From Candidatus Hydrogenedentota bacterium (GTDB taxonomy: Bacteria; Hydrogenedentota; Hydrogenedentia; Hydrogenedentales; SLHB01): 64,000 nucleotides of DNA. The notes beneath the pieces were generated by a model. It was not told where the DNA came from. It ran no database searches and saw nothing but the letters and a program-made list of their open reading frames with translations. Below are positions 9,251 through 18,944 of the stretch, in pieces; position 1 is the first letter of the stretch, and the number at the start of each line of letters is the position of its first letter. The position numbers and the translations under genes are program-made. The stretch is from the NCBI GenBank assembly GCA_963745075.1, contig CAVUWV010000034.1, positions 65,227 through 129,226 on the forward strand, in the 5' to 3' direction.

Positions 9251-11149
9251 CTACCGGAGATGAGGCCTTACGTACTTGCGCCACTCATCGGAATCGCGAG
9301 GTACGTACGATACGTGCCAATCGAGGTATACGATGTTACGCCCCGGTTCGGGGCCGGGAAAATCCGTACGGTTCAGGACAATCGGAATCTCCGAGGCGAG
9401 CGTTTGGGCAGCCTCGGGGTCGTCTTTCCAGATGTCGGGGTCACCGGCCCGCTCGGCAACCAGGTCACGAAGCTGGGTTCCGGGATACAGGTACAAGTAC
9501 GAGTCCGTACCGGGAGGGTCTTTCGGGCTGGACAGAACGGACGGATCCGTCATGTATTCGGGGTAAATGGAGACCCATCCGCCAGGTGTGTAGTCCTGGT
9601 GTTCGTTTTGGAACATCTGGATCAGGATGGACAACTGTTTAAGGTTCTGCTGGTCCTGCGTGATCCATGCATTCAGTTCGGCTTCGTCCGGAGTGGACGA
9701 GTTCTGTCCGGTGACGTCCTCGTGAACTTGCTGACGCGTGTCGCCGCGTGTGGAAACCGTGAAGGTAACATCGGGATCGGTGTACTCAACGGTGAGTATC
9801 GTTTCGGGATTGAGCCACGCGTCTCCTCCGTACTGCTTGCGCAGCAACTGGTCGTAATCTTTCAGGCGTTCGCCGTATGGCTGGTAGTTTTGAAACTCCT
9901 CAAACCGAGGAGCGGATGCCAGGTTGATGCCGGGCTGGCGCCGGTGTCCGTCGTACGATACACGGCGGTGTTCGTTCGTCGCGAATGCGTCGACGGATGG
10001 CAGATACTTGGGAACCAACAGGTCGAGCGTGAGGGGGAATAGCCGGTCGTGATCCTGGGCAAACCTGAACAGGGCTCCGCGGATCAGGTCGATTTCTTGC
10101 TCCCGTTCGTTCAAAGCCGCGAGGGTAGCTCGCTCGTCGTCGGGAACTCGCGTGAATTGGATTTCGATTTTACCCGGATCAACGCTTTCGTCAAACGGGG
10201 TCGCGCCTTGAAACCGCATGACGACGGAATCCCACAGAGTCCCAAGTTCTCCGTGCAGCACGTATATGTTGTCGCGTTCCGCGTATTGCAAGGTCAATTC
10301 ATTATCTTCGATGATTCCCGTGGCGAAACTCTCCCCCTTGTCGTCGACCACCTCGATTCGGTGACCGTCTTGCTGGAACTCGAGTAGATGATCGAAATTC
10401 TCCTTTTGGTCGTCGATCACCAAAACCGCCCGCCACACCCCGTTCAGCGAGTTCTCCGGAGGCGGCTCCATAGACAGTGCGCCCAGCGTGAGTCGGGTTT
10501 CCTTGCCGTTCCAGTCGACGAGAACCTCCTTCTCGGACACATCCTTGAGGGTGATCCCCTCCCGGATTTCTTCTCCGACGCGATAGACCTTTTGGGTCCC
10601 CGTCGTCGTGTCGCGAAGGACCGCAGCGGGGGACTGGCCGAGTACGGTTCCCGCAAGCGCCAACCCGAGGGTTTCGGGTGGTTTGGATTCCGCCGTCTCC
10701 GGCGCCAGTTTAACCGGTAGGGACGTTTCGTGTGTGTCGTAAGGTTCGACTAGAGGCTTATCCGGCGCCACGGTCTGTTCAGGCGACTCCCCTGGTTGCG
10801 CCGGTGAAATCGGGGAATTACCGGCCACCGAGGGTGGCCCGGGCCGGGGCGACCAGAGCACGAAGAGAAGCACGCCAATCGCGAACATGAGTACGACGGC
10901 GACGAGCAACGGCAACCGGATTGACGGGGCCGGTCGATGCTCGGGTCGTGCGGCACGATGCCACGTCTTAACCCGCGGTGGCGGAGATTCTTCACAACGG
11001 TGTATCAGCCCGTCTACCCGCTCCAGCCGGTCTCGTTCCGATTGCCAATCCTCGGAGTCCGCGAGGAGTGACGTAACGCGCGCCGCCTCGTCGGGAAGAA
11101 GCTCCCCGTCGAGATACGCGGACAGATCTTCGAATTCGTGATCAGTCAT
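9251..11149 (-). CDS. Membrane anti-sigma factor with GspC-like and DUF1559/H-X9-DG-like extracytoplasmic domains
   Basis: N-terminal LSAYLDGEL anti-sigma helix and a TM helix. LAGTVLG..AAVL..QKVYRVGEEI..LKDV..KEVLVDWNGK is GspC HR-like. Then QQNLKQL and GRNIVYLDWHV. Overlaps the sigma stop codon. Confidence 0.75.
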   Translation of the reverse strand: MTDHEFEDLSAYLDGELLPDEAARVTSLLADSEDWQSERDRLERVDGLIHRCEESPPPRVKTWHRAARPEHRPAPSIRLPLLVAVVLMFAIGVLLFVLWSPRPGPPSVAGNSPISPAQPGESPEQTVAPDKPLVEPYDTHETSLPVKLAPETAESKPPETLGLALAGTVLGQSPAAVLRDTTTGTQKVYRVGEEIREGITLKDVSEKEVLVDWNGKETRLTLGALSMEPPPENSLNGVWRAVLVIDDQKENFDHLLEFQQDGHRIEVVDDKGESFATGIIEDNELTLQYAERDNIYVLHGELGTLWDSVVMRFQGATPFDESVDPGKIEIQFTRVPDDERATLAALNEREQEIDLIRGALFRFAQDHDRLFPLTLDLLVPKYLPSVDAFATNEHRRVSYDGHRRQPGINLASAPRFEEFQNYQPYGERLKDYDQLLRKQYGGDAWLNPETILTVEYTDPDVTFTVSTRGDTRQQVHEDVTGQNSSTPDEAELNAWITQDQQNLKQLSILIQMFQNEHQDYTPGGWVSIYPEYMTDPSVLSSPKDPPGTDSYLYLYPGTQLRDLVAERAGDPDIWKDDPEAAQTLASEIPIVLNRTDFPGPEPGRNIVYLDWHVSYVPRDSDEWRKYVRPHLR

Positions 11150-11687
11150 TGCTGGTACTCACATTGGGTCTGCCCCCGATATACTGTCCGTCTGCATCCA
11201 ACAATTCGGCCAATCTCTTTCGCGCACGGTAGACCCATGTCTTCACTTGTCCTTCGGACGCATCTAACGCGTGGGCGATGTCCGTATAGCACAATTCACC
11301 GAACACCCGCAGGAGCAGGGCCTGGCGTTGCCCATCGGGAAGCTCGTCAAGGGCCATGTCGAGTTGCTGCCGCGCGAGCACTTCCGCAAGCGGAAAATCG
11401 GGTGGTAATTCTTGTCCCTCGCGACGTTCCGCGGCCCACTGTTTCAGGCGGTGCTGGTCCACGGCGAGGTTGTGAGCGATGGTGAACAGCAGGGCCCGTG
11501 CTTCCCGCCCGTCATCGCGCAACCGAGCGTGGCTGGCGAGATGGAGAACTCGCGCGATGGCCTCCTGGTAGACATCGTCCGCATCGTTTCGATTGCGAAT
11601 CAGCCGCCGGACGTACGAATACAGCGGCGTCTCCACTTCCTCGAGAAACGCCTCCATTCCGTCCCGGTCGCTGCCGTTCTCTCTCAT
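11142..11687 (-). CDS. ECF RNA polymerase sigma factor
   Basis: Region 2 DADDVYQE..LFTIAHNLAVD; region 4 LPDGQRQALLLR..YTDIA..VKTWVYRARKRL. Confidence 0.93.
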   Translation of the reverse strand: MRENGSDRDGMEAFLEEVETPLYSYVRRLIRNRNDADDVYQEAIARVLHLASHARLRDDGREARALLFTIAHNLAVDQHRLKQWAAERREGQELPPDFPLAEVLARQQLDMALDELPDGQRQALLLRVFGELCYTDIAHALDASEGQVKTWVYRARKRLAELLDADGQYIGGRPNVSTSND

Positions 11688-11697
11688 GTCACTATCG

Positions 11698-11725
11698 TAT
11701 ACGGTTTGATAGGGCCAAAGTCACA
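11698..11725 (-). promoter_or_regulatory. Candidate autoregulatory ECF promoter
   Basis: Minus strand TGTGAC-N16-CGTATA, ending 10 nt before the sigma ATG. Confidence 0.45.
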
Positions 11726-11972
11726 GAGATAGTCTCGCATATTCTTGACGATTCCCCCGTGTCCCATATTCATGACAATCTGAATCGGCCATAGCAAGAA
11801 ACGGCAAGGGGAGCGCAGACGATGACAGACTCGCGCGGTCCGCACCGGGGAATTGCATACCGTCCGAATTATCGCTAGGATTCATAAGGGTGGTCGTACC
11901 GGTCCGGGGTACGTCACGCCCGGGGATGTGCGTGTGTAGTTCCTCTCGATATAGGGGTTGAGACGGGAACGT

Positions 11973-13859
11973 ATGACCAAGGTCAAGTGTCCAAAGTGCG
12001 GGGCGACAAACCCGAGCGACCAGCCCAAATGTGGCCGCTGCGGCGGCACCCTTCCGCAAGTCCGCGTTCAGTCCGGCGGGAGCGGGGGCGGGCAATCAGG
12101 GCCCCAGCCGGGCCAGCCCGCGCATCAGACGTTGCAGAAGGGACAAGTTGTCGCCAATCGGTACACCATCCTCGGGATTATCGGGCGCGGCGGGATGGGC
12201 TGTATCTACAAGGTGTACGACAATACGCTGAAGGAGGAGGTCGCGCTCAAGACGCTTCTGCCGCAGTACGTCCAGGACAAGTTGGTCGTCGACCGATTCT
12301 TTAACGAGGCCCGCATCGCCCGGCAGCTTTCGCATCCCGGAATCGTGCGCGTTCATGACATTGGCATCGCGGATCGCACGGTCTACATCTCGATGGAACT
12401 GCTGAAAGGCCATTCGCTCCGCGGTATGATCGATTCCATGGGTCCCGGCAAGCGATTGCCCCTCAAATCGACCCTGCACATCATGATCCAATTGTGTACG
12501 GCGTTGGAATACGCCCATCGCTTCACCGTGCACCGCGATATCAAGCCGGAAAACGTGATGGTGATGCCCGACGGTACCGTGAAGCTCATGGACTTTGGGA
12601 TTTCAAAGCTCATGAGCAATCAGAGCTTGACCGCCACCTCGGTCATCATGGGCACACCGCACTACATGTCACCGGAGCAGGTGAAGGACAGCCGGAACGT
12701 GGATGCGCGGGCCGACGTGTACAGCATCGGCGTGATGCTTTACGAGATTCTGACCGGAAATCTGCCCACCGGCATACCCAAACCCGCGTCGCAGATCATC
12801 AAGGATCTTCCGCCCGCTTTGGATCCCATCGTTGAAAAGTGCGTGGAACCGGATCCTATTAACCGGTACCAGAACGTGTCCGACCTCAAACAGGCACTTA
12901 CCAACGTTCTGGAGATCGTGAGCGGCGGCAGCTTCGAGTCGAAACGGCCCAAACCGTCGACGGTCTCCCCGTCCGAGACGGGAAAGACGCGCAAACTGAC
13001 CGGCGCACTTCTCATTGTTCTGGTGCTGGCCTTCACCGGCGTCGGAATTTGGGGTCTCACGTTGCAGCGAACCTTGCCGATGCGGTCGGCCGAAGCGGCC
13101 GCATCCGATCCCGCTGAGATCACCCCCGCCATGGTGGCGCATGCCCGACTTGAAAGAACGTTGAAGTACGTGCGTCTTGCGCGCAACCGTACATTGAGTC
13201 TTCAAGGTACGGAAGAACTTCAACCAATTCTTGATCGGGCGGCCGCGTTGGAGGACGCCGCCGCGCAACTGCAGACCGACGACGTTGTGCGGGCCGAGCG
13301 CGTTGCACGGCAGGCGTTGCAGTGTTATCTGGCAGCCATTCCGCCGCGGCCGGATGACATGATGTTCGTGCCGCCGGGGGACGATATCGACGAGGATGGA
13401 TTCTATATCGGGCTTAGACCGGTGACGGTCGGTGAATTTGCCGCGTTCTCGGCGTCGTCGGGGTGGTTCGACTATGGCCCTTTGACGACGGAAGATGCGG
13501 AACAGCCAATTACGAAGGTGCCGTTTTACGCAGCGCTTGCATACGCGACCGCAAACGGTATGAATCTACCGAGTGCCGCACAGTGGGATCGCGCGCACCA
13601 GCAGAACGCGGAAACGATGGAGTCGAGCGTGTTTGAATTTACCCGCACACCAGTTGGAAGCGATGTCGACTCGAACGACATTCCCGATTTTGGGAATCAA
13701 CTCGTGCTGCGTGCGGCGTACGTCGACGAAAATGGCAATCCTATCCTGGACGATCAACGGCAGTTGCCGTTTGGCGAGGTTGATGACCGCGTGGGATTTC
13801 GGTGCGTTCGACCGATCGCGACCGATCCCGCGTCGGTCGAGGCACGATTACGAGATTAG
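11973..13859 (+). CDS. Hanks-type Ser/Thr kinase with N-terminal zinc ribbon, TM helix and degenerate FGE-sulfatase-like C-terminus
   Basis: CPKC..CGRC, GRGGMG, HRDIKPEN, DFG, GTPHYMSPEQ; C-terminal VTVGEF, LPSAAQW, VGFRCV. Confidence 0.9.
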   Translation: MTKVKCPKCGATNPSDQPKCGRCGGTLPQVRVQSGGSGGGQSGPQPGQPAHQTLQKGQVVANRYTILGIIGRGGMGCIYKVYDNTLKEEVALKTLLPQYVQDKLVVDRFFNEARIARQLSHPGIVRVHDIGIADRTVYISMELLKGHSLRGMIDSMGPGKRLPLKSTLHIMIQLCTALEYAHRFTVHRDIKPENVMVMPDGTVKLMDFGISKLMSNQSLTATSVIMGTPHYMSPEQVKDSRNVDARADVYSIGVMLYEILTGNLPTGIPKPASQIIKDLPPALDPIVEKCVEPDPINRYQNVSDLKQALTNVLEIVSGGSFESKRPKPSTVSPSETGKTRKLTGALLIVLVLAFTGVGIWGLTLQRTLPMRSAEAAASDPAEITPAMVAHARLERTLKYVRLARNRTLSLQGTEELQPILDRAAALEDAAAQLQTDDVVRAERVARQALQCYLAAIPPRPDDMMFVPPGDDIDEDGFYIGLRPVTVGEFAAFSASSGWFDYGPLTTEDAEQPITKVPFYAALAYATANGMNLPSAAQWDRAHQQNAETMESSVFEFTRTPVGSDVDSNDIPDFGNQLVLRAAYVDENGNPILDDQRQLPFGEVDDRVGFRCVRPIATDPASVEARLRD

Positions 13860-13946
13860 CCTGTCCGATACAGCGCCCGATTCTGTCCATCTCTCGCCGC
13901 GACAAGGAATTACATGCATGAGTGAGAAAACTGTCGTGCCGCAGGT

Positions 13947-13975
13947 TTGACAGCCCGTTATCCATAAACTACAAT
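13947..13975 (+). promoter_or_regulatory. Sigma70-type promoter
   Basis: TTGACA-N17-TACAAT upstream of the gene at 14027. Confidence 0.75.
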
Positions 13976-14026
13976 GCAACGAGTCACGGATTAGCCCGTG
14001 AGACAATCAAACTTCAAGAGGCCGAT

Positions 14027-14452
14027 ATGCAAGTTTGTTCGTGTCCTCATTGCGGAACTCCCCGAATCATCACATCGAAAGTTCCCAAAGACGTAGTCGT
14101 TGTGATGCCGTGCCCGAACTGCCGGGAACTTGTCGTGCTCTTCCGGAACAAGGCCATCGCGCTGAGCCGGAAGATCATGGAGAACGGGTCCTTCGAGGAG
14201 CGCAAAGAACACATTGCCGAGATAATCACCGAGTTTCTGGAGCCGGGCATGCTCGGTCTGCCGAGCGGGGATGCCGGTCCCGGATTCGAGGTCGACGGCG
14301 AGGCGGAATCGTTCGTCCGCGATCTCGCGGGCGCCGAAGACGATGCCGATGTGGAACCTGGTCCGATCAGTGAGAAGGAATTCGACGAATTCGTTCGCCT
14401 GGATCTGGATCGCATCGACGAGCCGAATTACTTCAAGAAGCACTTCGGCTAA
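14027..14452 (+). CDS. Hypothetical zinc-ribbon protein with acidic C-terminus
   Basis: CPHC..CPNC; AAGAGG SD; near-consensus promoter upstream. Confidence 0.7.
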   Translation: MQVCSCPHCGTPRIITSKVPKDVVVVMPCPNCRELVVLFRNKAIALSRKIMENGSFEERKEHIAEIITEFLEPGMLGLPSGDAGPGFEVDGEAESFVRDLAGAEDDADVEPGPISEKEFDEFVRLDLDRIDEPNYFKKHFG

Positions 14453-15216
14453 TTGCCGCCGTCCTCTCGCGCAGTCGTTCGTTCGTGCAACGTGCCATGT
14501 TGCGCGGCCACCTCAAACAACGCAATTCCCGCAGCTACCGCGACATTCAGGCTGTCCAGTTCACGCGCCAACGGTATGGTGACCGACAGATCCGACGCTT
14601 TCCGTACGCCCGGCCGCAGCCCTTCGCTTTCATTCCCTAGAACGAGCGCGCACCGGTCCGCCCACGGCACGTCGAAAACGCTCTGACCACCGGCGACGTC
14701 CATCGCATAGACCCAGAACCCCGCCTCCTTCAGAATCCGCAACGTCTGCGCCAGGTTGGTGCATTGCACGACAGGGATATGAAACACCGTCCCCGCACTT
14801 GCGCGCAGGACATCCTCGTCAAGCAGGGCGCCTCCGCGACTGGTCAGCAACACACCGGATACGCCGGCGGCGGCCGCCGTTCGTATCAGCATGCCCAGAT
14901 TCTTCGGGTGTTGGATCTGGTCCAGCACGAGGAGCATGGCTTTGGGAGGGCATTGGGCGAGGCAGGTCTCCAGTGGCGTGTAGGCCACGGGGCTGATAAT
15001 CGCCACGACGCCTTGGTGCTCGTGCGTGCCCGCAAGTTCGTTCAACTTGGCCTGCGGCACGAAGTCGAACCGCACCTTGGCCTTCTTGGCCTCGGTGACG
15101 AGGGCCTGTACCCCATGGGCGCGCGATTCCTTGGCGATATAGATGCGGTTCACGCGGCCCTGCTCCCGCAATGCTTCAGAGACGGCGTTGACGCCGTGGA
15201 TGGCTTTGGTAGACAT
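14449..15216 (-). CDS. rlmB: 23S rRNA 2'-O-methyltransferase RlmB (TrmH/SPOUT family)
   Basis: IHGVNAVSEAL, HQGVVA, LDQIQHPKNLGMLIRTA, LVLGNESEGL, SLNVAVAAGI. Confidence 0.88.
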   Translation of the reverse strand: MSTKAIHGVNAVSEALREQGRVNRIYIAKESRAHGVQALVTEAKKAKVRFDFVPQAKLNELAGTHEHQGVVAIISPVAYTPLETCLAQCPPKAMLLVLDQIQHPKNLGMLIRTAAAAGVSGVLLTSRGGALLDEDVLRASAGTVFHIPVVQCTNLAQTLRILKEAGFWVYAMDVAGGQSVFDVPWADRCALVLGNESEGLRPGVRKASDLSVTIPLARELDSLNVAVAAGIALFEVAAQHGTLHERTTAREDGGN

Positions 15217-15350
15217 GGTTTGCATCGTATTCGACGCCTGAGAGGAAAGCAATTCGGGATTGCGCCGGGTCGCCATCGCTTTCGTTGGAGCGCCCGTCCG
15301 TGCTAAGATCCCGCTGACTTCAACCTGCCTTTTCGTTCACGGGAGCAGCA

Positions 15351-17372
15351 ATGTACGGTATCGATGCAAAGAGCACCTATGACCCGCGAAATGTCGCCAA
15401 ATCCAGTGGCCGGTCGTGGCCCATATACCGGCGATTGCTGGGGTACGTGCTCCAATACAAAGCCCGGCTCGGCGTGTCCATAGTGTTTGCGCTGTTTGTC
15501 GCGGCATCCTTCGGCGGCATCATCATCGGCACCGGCAACGTCGTCAAGTATGTGTTTGAGGACGAGGTCCGCGTCCAGCGTGACGTGGCGCAGCTGCAAG
15601 AGAAGATCCTGTACGCCTCGGGGAGGGTGCACGATTTCGTGGGGTACGCCCCCGTCGGACTGGAAGTCAAGGTCGCCGACCTGGTCAATTACTTGCGGGC
15701 GGACCAACTTCGGGCGATGTTCCTACTTTGCGCGTTCGTGCTCTCGCTCTCTCTGATCGGTGGGCTGGCCCGTTTCCTGCAAGAATACCTTTCCGCGTCT
15801 ATCGCGACATTCGTGACCGTCGAACTTGGCCAGGAAATGTATGCCAATGTCATCCGTCTGCCCATGCGCTTCTTCGAGCAGCGTACGTCGGGCGAGATTA
15901 TCGCGAGGATGACGAACGACACGTTCTCGGCGGGCCGGGGTCTGACCACGGTTTTCATGAAGCTGTTCCGGGAGCCGTTCAAAGCGCTGGCCTGTCTTGC
16001 GATTGCCCTGTGGGTCGATCCATTGCTTACCTTTATCGGGTTGGGTGTACTGCCACCTGTGGCGCTGGTCATGATCAAAATCGGTCAAAGCGTTCGTAAG
16101 CGCATGCGCCGTACCCTGGAGAAGATCGCGGGACTTCAGACGGTTGCCAAAGAAAGCGTCACCGGCATCAGCATCATCAAAGGGTTTTCGATGGAACCCT
16201 ACGTCGCAGGCCTCGTGAATCGTGAGTACCGAAAACTCAAGCGCCAAGGTTTGAAGATGATGAAGGCCGAAGCGGCGATTGGCCCCCTCACCGAGTTTGT
16301 CATGATGTGCGGCTTCGTCGTCTTTGTCATGCTGAGCGCGCGTCAGGTGATCAACCAGAAGATGGACATCGCGGACCTGTTGATTCTTTACGCCGCCCTG
16401 GCCGGGATGCTCGATCCGGTGCGCAAACTCACCTCCGTGAACAATGCCGTGCAGGCCAGTGTCGCCAGTGCGGAACGAGTGTTTGAGTTTATCGATCTGA
16501 AACCGGACATCGTCGACGCACCCGGCGCCATCGAACTTCCGCCCCTCCAAGATGCCATCCAATTCCGCGATGTGCGGTTCTCGTACGATGGCGAAACAGA
16601 GGTCTTGCACGGTCTCACCTTTGACGTGAAGAAGGGCGAGATGGTGGCCATCGTCGGGTTCAGCGGCGCGGGCAAGAGCACCCTCGTCAAACTGATCCCC
16701 CGTTTCTACGACGTGGGCGACGGTTCCATAAGTGTCGACGGCAACGATATTCGCAACGTCACACAGGAAAGTCTGCGGGCGCAAATCAGTATCGTCACGC
16801 AGGATACGATCCTCTTCAACGAGACCGTGCGGGGAAATATCGCAGCCGGTAAAGACATCTATACGGAAGAACGCGTGTGGGAAGCGCTTCGTGCCGCGCA
16901 CGCTACCGATTTCGTGGAAAAGTTGTATCAGCAACTCGACACGCCCATCGGGGAATCGGGCGGGACGCTCTCCGGCGGTCAACGCCAGCGTCTGGCGATA
17001 GCCCGGGCGCTGATCAAAGATCCGAAAATTCTGATTCTCGACGAAGCCACGTCGAGCTTGGACTCGGAGAGCGAGCGCGCGATTCAAAAGGCCATTGAGG
17101 AGTTCGTGGTCGGGCGTACTTCCATCGTCATCGCGCATCGCCTGTCGACGATCCGGCGGGCGGACCGAATTATCGTGCTGGATGAGGGACATCTTGCGGA
17201 GCAAGGATCGCACGAGGAGTTGCTGCAGCGACCGGACAGCATCTATCGCCGGCTGTACGAAGTTCAGTTTGCCGTGTCCGAGAGGGCGGAAGCGATGGCG
17301 GAAGCGCCGGCATCGGATGTTGCCGTCAAGGCGAGGACCGTCAGGGAAGATGATCGAGATGCGGTGTATTGA
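15351..17372 (+). CDS. ABC exporter ATPase/permease, MsbA-like
   Basis: TM domain, GFSGAGKS, LSGGQRQR, ILDEATS, IAHRLST. Confidence 0.93.
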   Translation: MYGIDAKSTYDPRNVAKSSGRSWPIYRRLLGYVLQYKARLGVSIVFALFVAASFGGIIIGTGNVVKYVFEDEVRVQRDVAQLQEKILYASGRVHDFVGYAPVGLEVKVADLVNYLRADQLRAMFLLCAFVLSLSLIGGLARFLQEYLSASIATFVTVELGQEMYANVIRLPMRFFEQRTSGEIIARMTNDTFSAGRGLTTVFMKLFREPFKALACLAIALWVDPLLTFIGLGVLPPVALVMIKIGQSVRKRMRRTLEKIAGLQTVAKESVTGISIIKGFSMEPYVAGLVNREYRKLKRQGLKMMKAEAAIGPLTEFVMMCGFVVFVMLSARQVINQKMDIADLLILYAALAGMLDPVRKLTSVNNAVQASVASAERVFEFIDLKPDIVDAPGAIELPPLQDAIQFRDVRFSYDGETEVLHGLTFDVKKGEMVAIVGFSGAGKSTLVKLIPRFYDVGDGSISVDGNDIRNVTQESLRAQISIVTQDTILFNETVRGNIAAGKDIYTEERVWEALRAAHATDFVEKLYQQLDTPIGESGGTLSGGQRQRLAIARALIKDPKILILDEATSSLDSESERAIQKAIEEFVVGRTSIVIAHRLSTIRRADRIIVLDEGHLAEQGSHEELLQRPDSIYRRLYEVQFAVSERAEAMAEAPASDVAVKARTVREDDRDAVY

Positions 17373-17381
17373 ACGCGTTTT

Positions 17382-18071
17382 GTGGCAGCGATAGCGATCG
17401 TGTTGATCGTGGTATCGAGCGGTTGCGGTTCCGGCGCAGGTACGCAGGAAGATTCCCAAGTATCAACTGCGCCGCAGAAGATGCCTGCACAACCGCAGCC
17501 CGCAGACGCGAAATCCGGTAACGACGTTGCCTTGGCGCGCGTGACGGTCGTCGACCTGGATGGAAATCCGCTACCAAACATGCTCCCCATCGCGACGAAA
17601 AAGCCCAACGCCTTCGACAAACCCATCGCCACCGGACAACCGACCGGCGCCGATGGCCGGGGGTACGTGACCGTCCCCACCGATGATTGGGTGTACGTGC
17701 GCGCCTGGGATCCGACGAACCGGATGTTCGCCAATAATTATTTCGATGTGTTGCCCGGCAAGGCCGAGACAACGGAAGAGATGCAGGTGGTCATGGTGCC
17801 CGGCGCATTCCTTACGGCGGAGTTGGTGGACGGACACGGTGCGCCGTTTGCCGACACACAAGTCGGAATGATGATGTCCCACCCGACGCGCGGTCCCTGG
17901 TGGCCCGCGGAATCGAAGACGAATTTGGCCGGGAAGGTCGTATTTGGGCCGGTTCCCGCTGGCAAGTATCAAATTACACTGGAAACGGCCGCGGGTCAGC
18001 AGATCGAGTTGCCGGAGGTTTCCCTGCCTCCGGGCGGCAGCGCGGACATCGGTCCGGTCTCTCTTCAATAG
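17382..18071 (+). CDS. Lipoprotein with carboxypeptidase-regulatory-like beta-sandwich domains
   Basis: Hydrophobic signal ending SSGC; VVDLDGNPL, LVDGHGAP, GPVPAGKYQI. True start may be 17359 if there is an indel. Confidence 0.65.
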   Translation: MAAIAIVLIVVSSGCGSGAGTQEDSQVSTAPQKMPAQPQPADAKSGNDVALARVTVVDLDGNPLPNMLPIATKKPNAFDKPIATGQPTGADGRGYVTVPTDDWVYVRAWDPTNRMFANNYFDVLPGKAETTEEMQVVMVPGAFLTAELVDGHGAPFADTQVGMMMSHPTRGPWWPAESKTNLAGKVVFGPVPAGKYQITLETAAGQQIELPEVSLPPGGSADIGPVSLQ

Positions 18072-18086
18072 CGCGACAGGTACGGG

Positions 18087-18944
18087 TCACCGCGGCGGGG
18101 CGGCATCGTCCCCAAAAGACTTCACATGTTCCGTCTGATGCTCGCGGCCCTTCTTCTGGAGCGAAGGTAACAGCTTGGCTCCCATTGACGGGAGCAAGTT
18201 CGCAATCCTGGCCATGAATGCCCAGCGGAAGGGGATCGCTACCTCCGGTTCTTTGCGCGTGAGTACGCGGTTCAACATCACGTCGCCAATCTCTTCGAGG
18301 GTGAGCAACCGGCCGCTTGAAAAGACCACGGCGCCCGCGTCGTGTTGCGACGACTGTTTGAGCAGGGGCGTGCGCACCGCGTGGGGGCAAAACGTGGTCA
18401 CGTAGACGCCGTATTGCTTCAACTCAAAACTTGCGGCCAACGAAAACCCGCGCACCGCAAATTTCGATGCGCTGTACACGGAGATGCCGGGGATGGCGCC
18501 GATACCCGCGAGAGACGATATGTTGACGATATGGCCGCCGCCCATGGCCTTCATATGCCGGGCGGCAACTTGCGTCCCCCAGATGACGCCCTTGGTGTTC
18601 ACGTCGATTTGGAGATCGATCTCGTGGGCAGGTTGCTCGTACGACCATCCCGACAGCATGACGCCGGCGATGTTCATGCACACGTCGATGCGGCCGAAAG
18701 CCTGCACCGCGCGTGCGAACACCTCTGCCCAGGTGTCGGCGAAACGGACATCCAATACGTCGAGCTTGACGCGATCTTCGGGCCAGCCCTTTTCCCGTGC
18801 GTGCGTTTCCAGGGCTTCGAAATTGGCGTCGGTGGCGTAGACGCGGTCGCCGCGGCCAATCAACAGGTCCGCCACGTACTGGCCGATGCCGCTGCCGCAA
18901 CCGGTCATGAAATGGGTCAGAGGCGAGGGACTGTTGCTCATCAT
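18087..18944 (-). CDS. SDR-family oxidoreductase
   Basis: TGCGSGIG, NIAG, VNISS, YSASK; ATGA overlap with the upstream gene. Confidence 0.93.
   Translation of the reverse strand: MMSNSPSPLTHFMTGCGSGIGQYVADLLIGRGDRVYATDANFEALETHAREKGWPEDRVKLDVLDVRFADTWAEVFARAVQAFGRIDVCMNIAGVMLSGWSYEQPAHEIDLQIDVNTKGVIWGTQVAARHMKAMGGGHIVNISSLAGIGAIPGISVYSASKFAVRGFSLAASFELKQYGVYVTTFCPHAVRTPLLKQSSQHDAGAVVFSSGRLLTLEEIGDVMLNRVLTRKEPEVAIPFRWAFMARIANLLPSMGAKLLPSLQKKGREHQTEHVKSFGDDAAPPR

Noticed and set aside
9042..9284. N-terminal extension of GH95 containing DYDYDYD
   Set aside because: It is a translation of the TCGTAA repeat and REP; the signal peptide and SD point to a start at 9041.
11142..13859. Kinase-activated ECF sigma (divergent ECF and Ser/Thr kinase)
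   Set aside because: The sigma keeps the acidic DADD motif and has its own anti-sigma, so there is no sign of phospho-activation.
15723..17459. Long antisense ORFs (also 34230-35372 +, 51896-53719 -, 61736-63220 -)
   Set aside because: Shadows of well-supported genes on the opposite strand in GC-rich DNA; no motifs.
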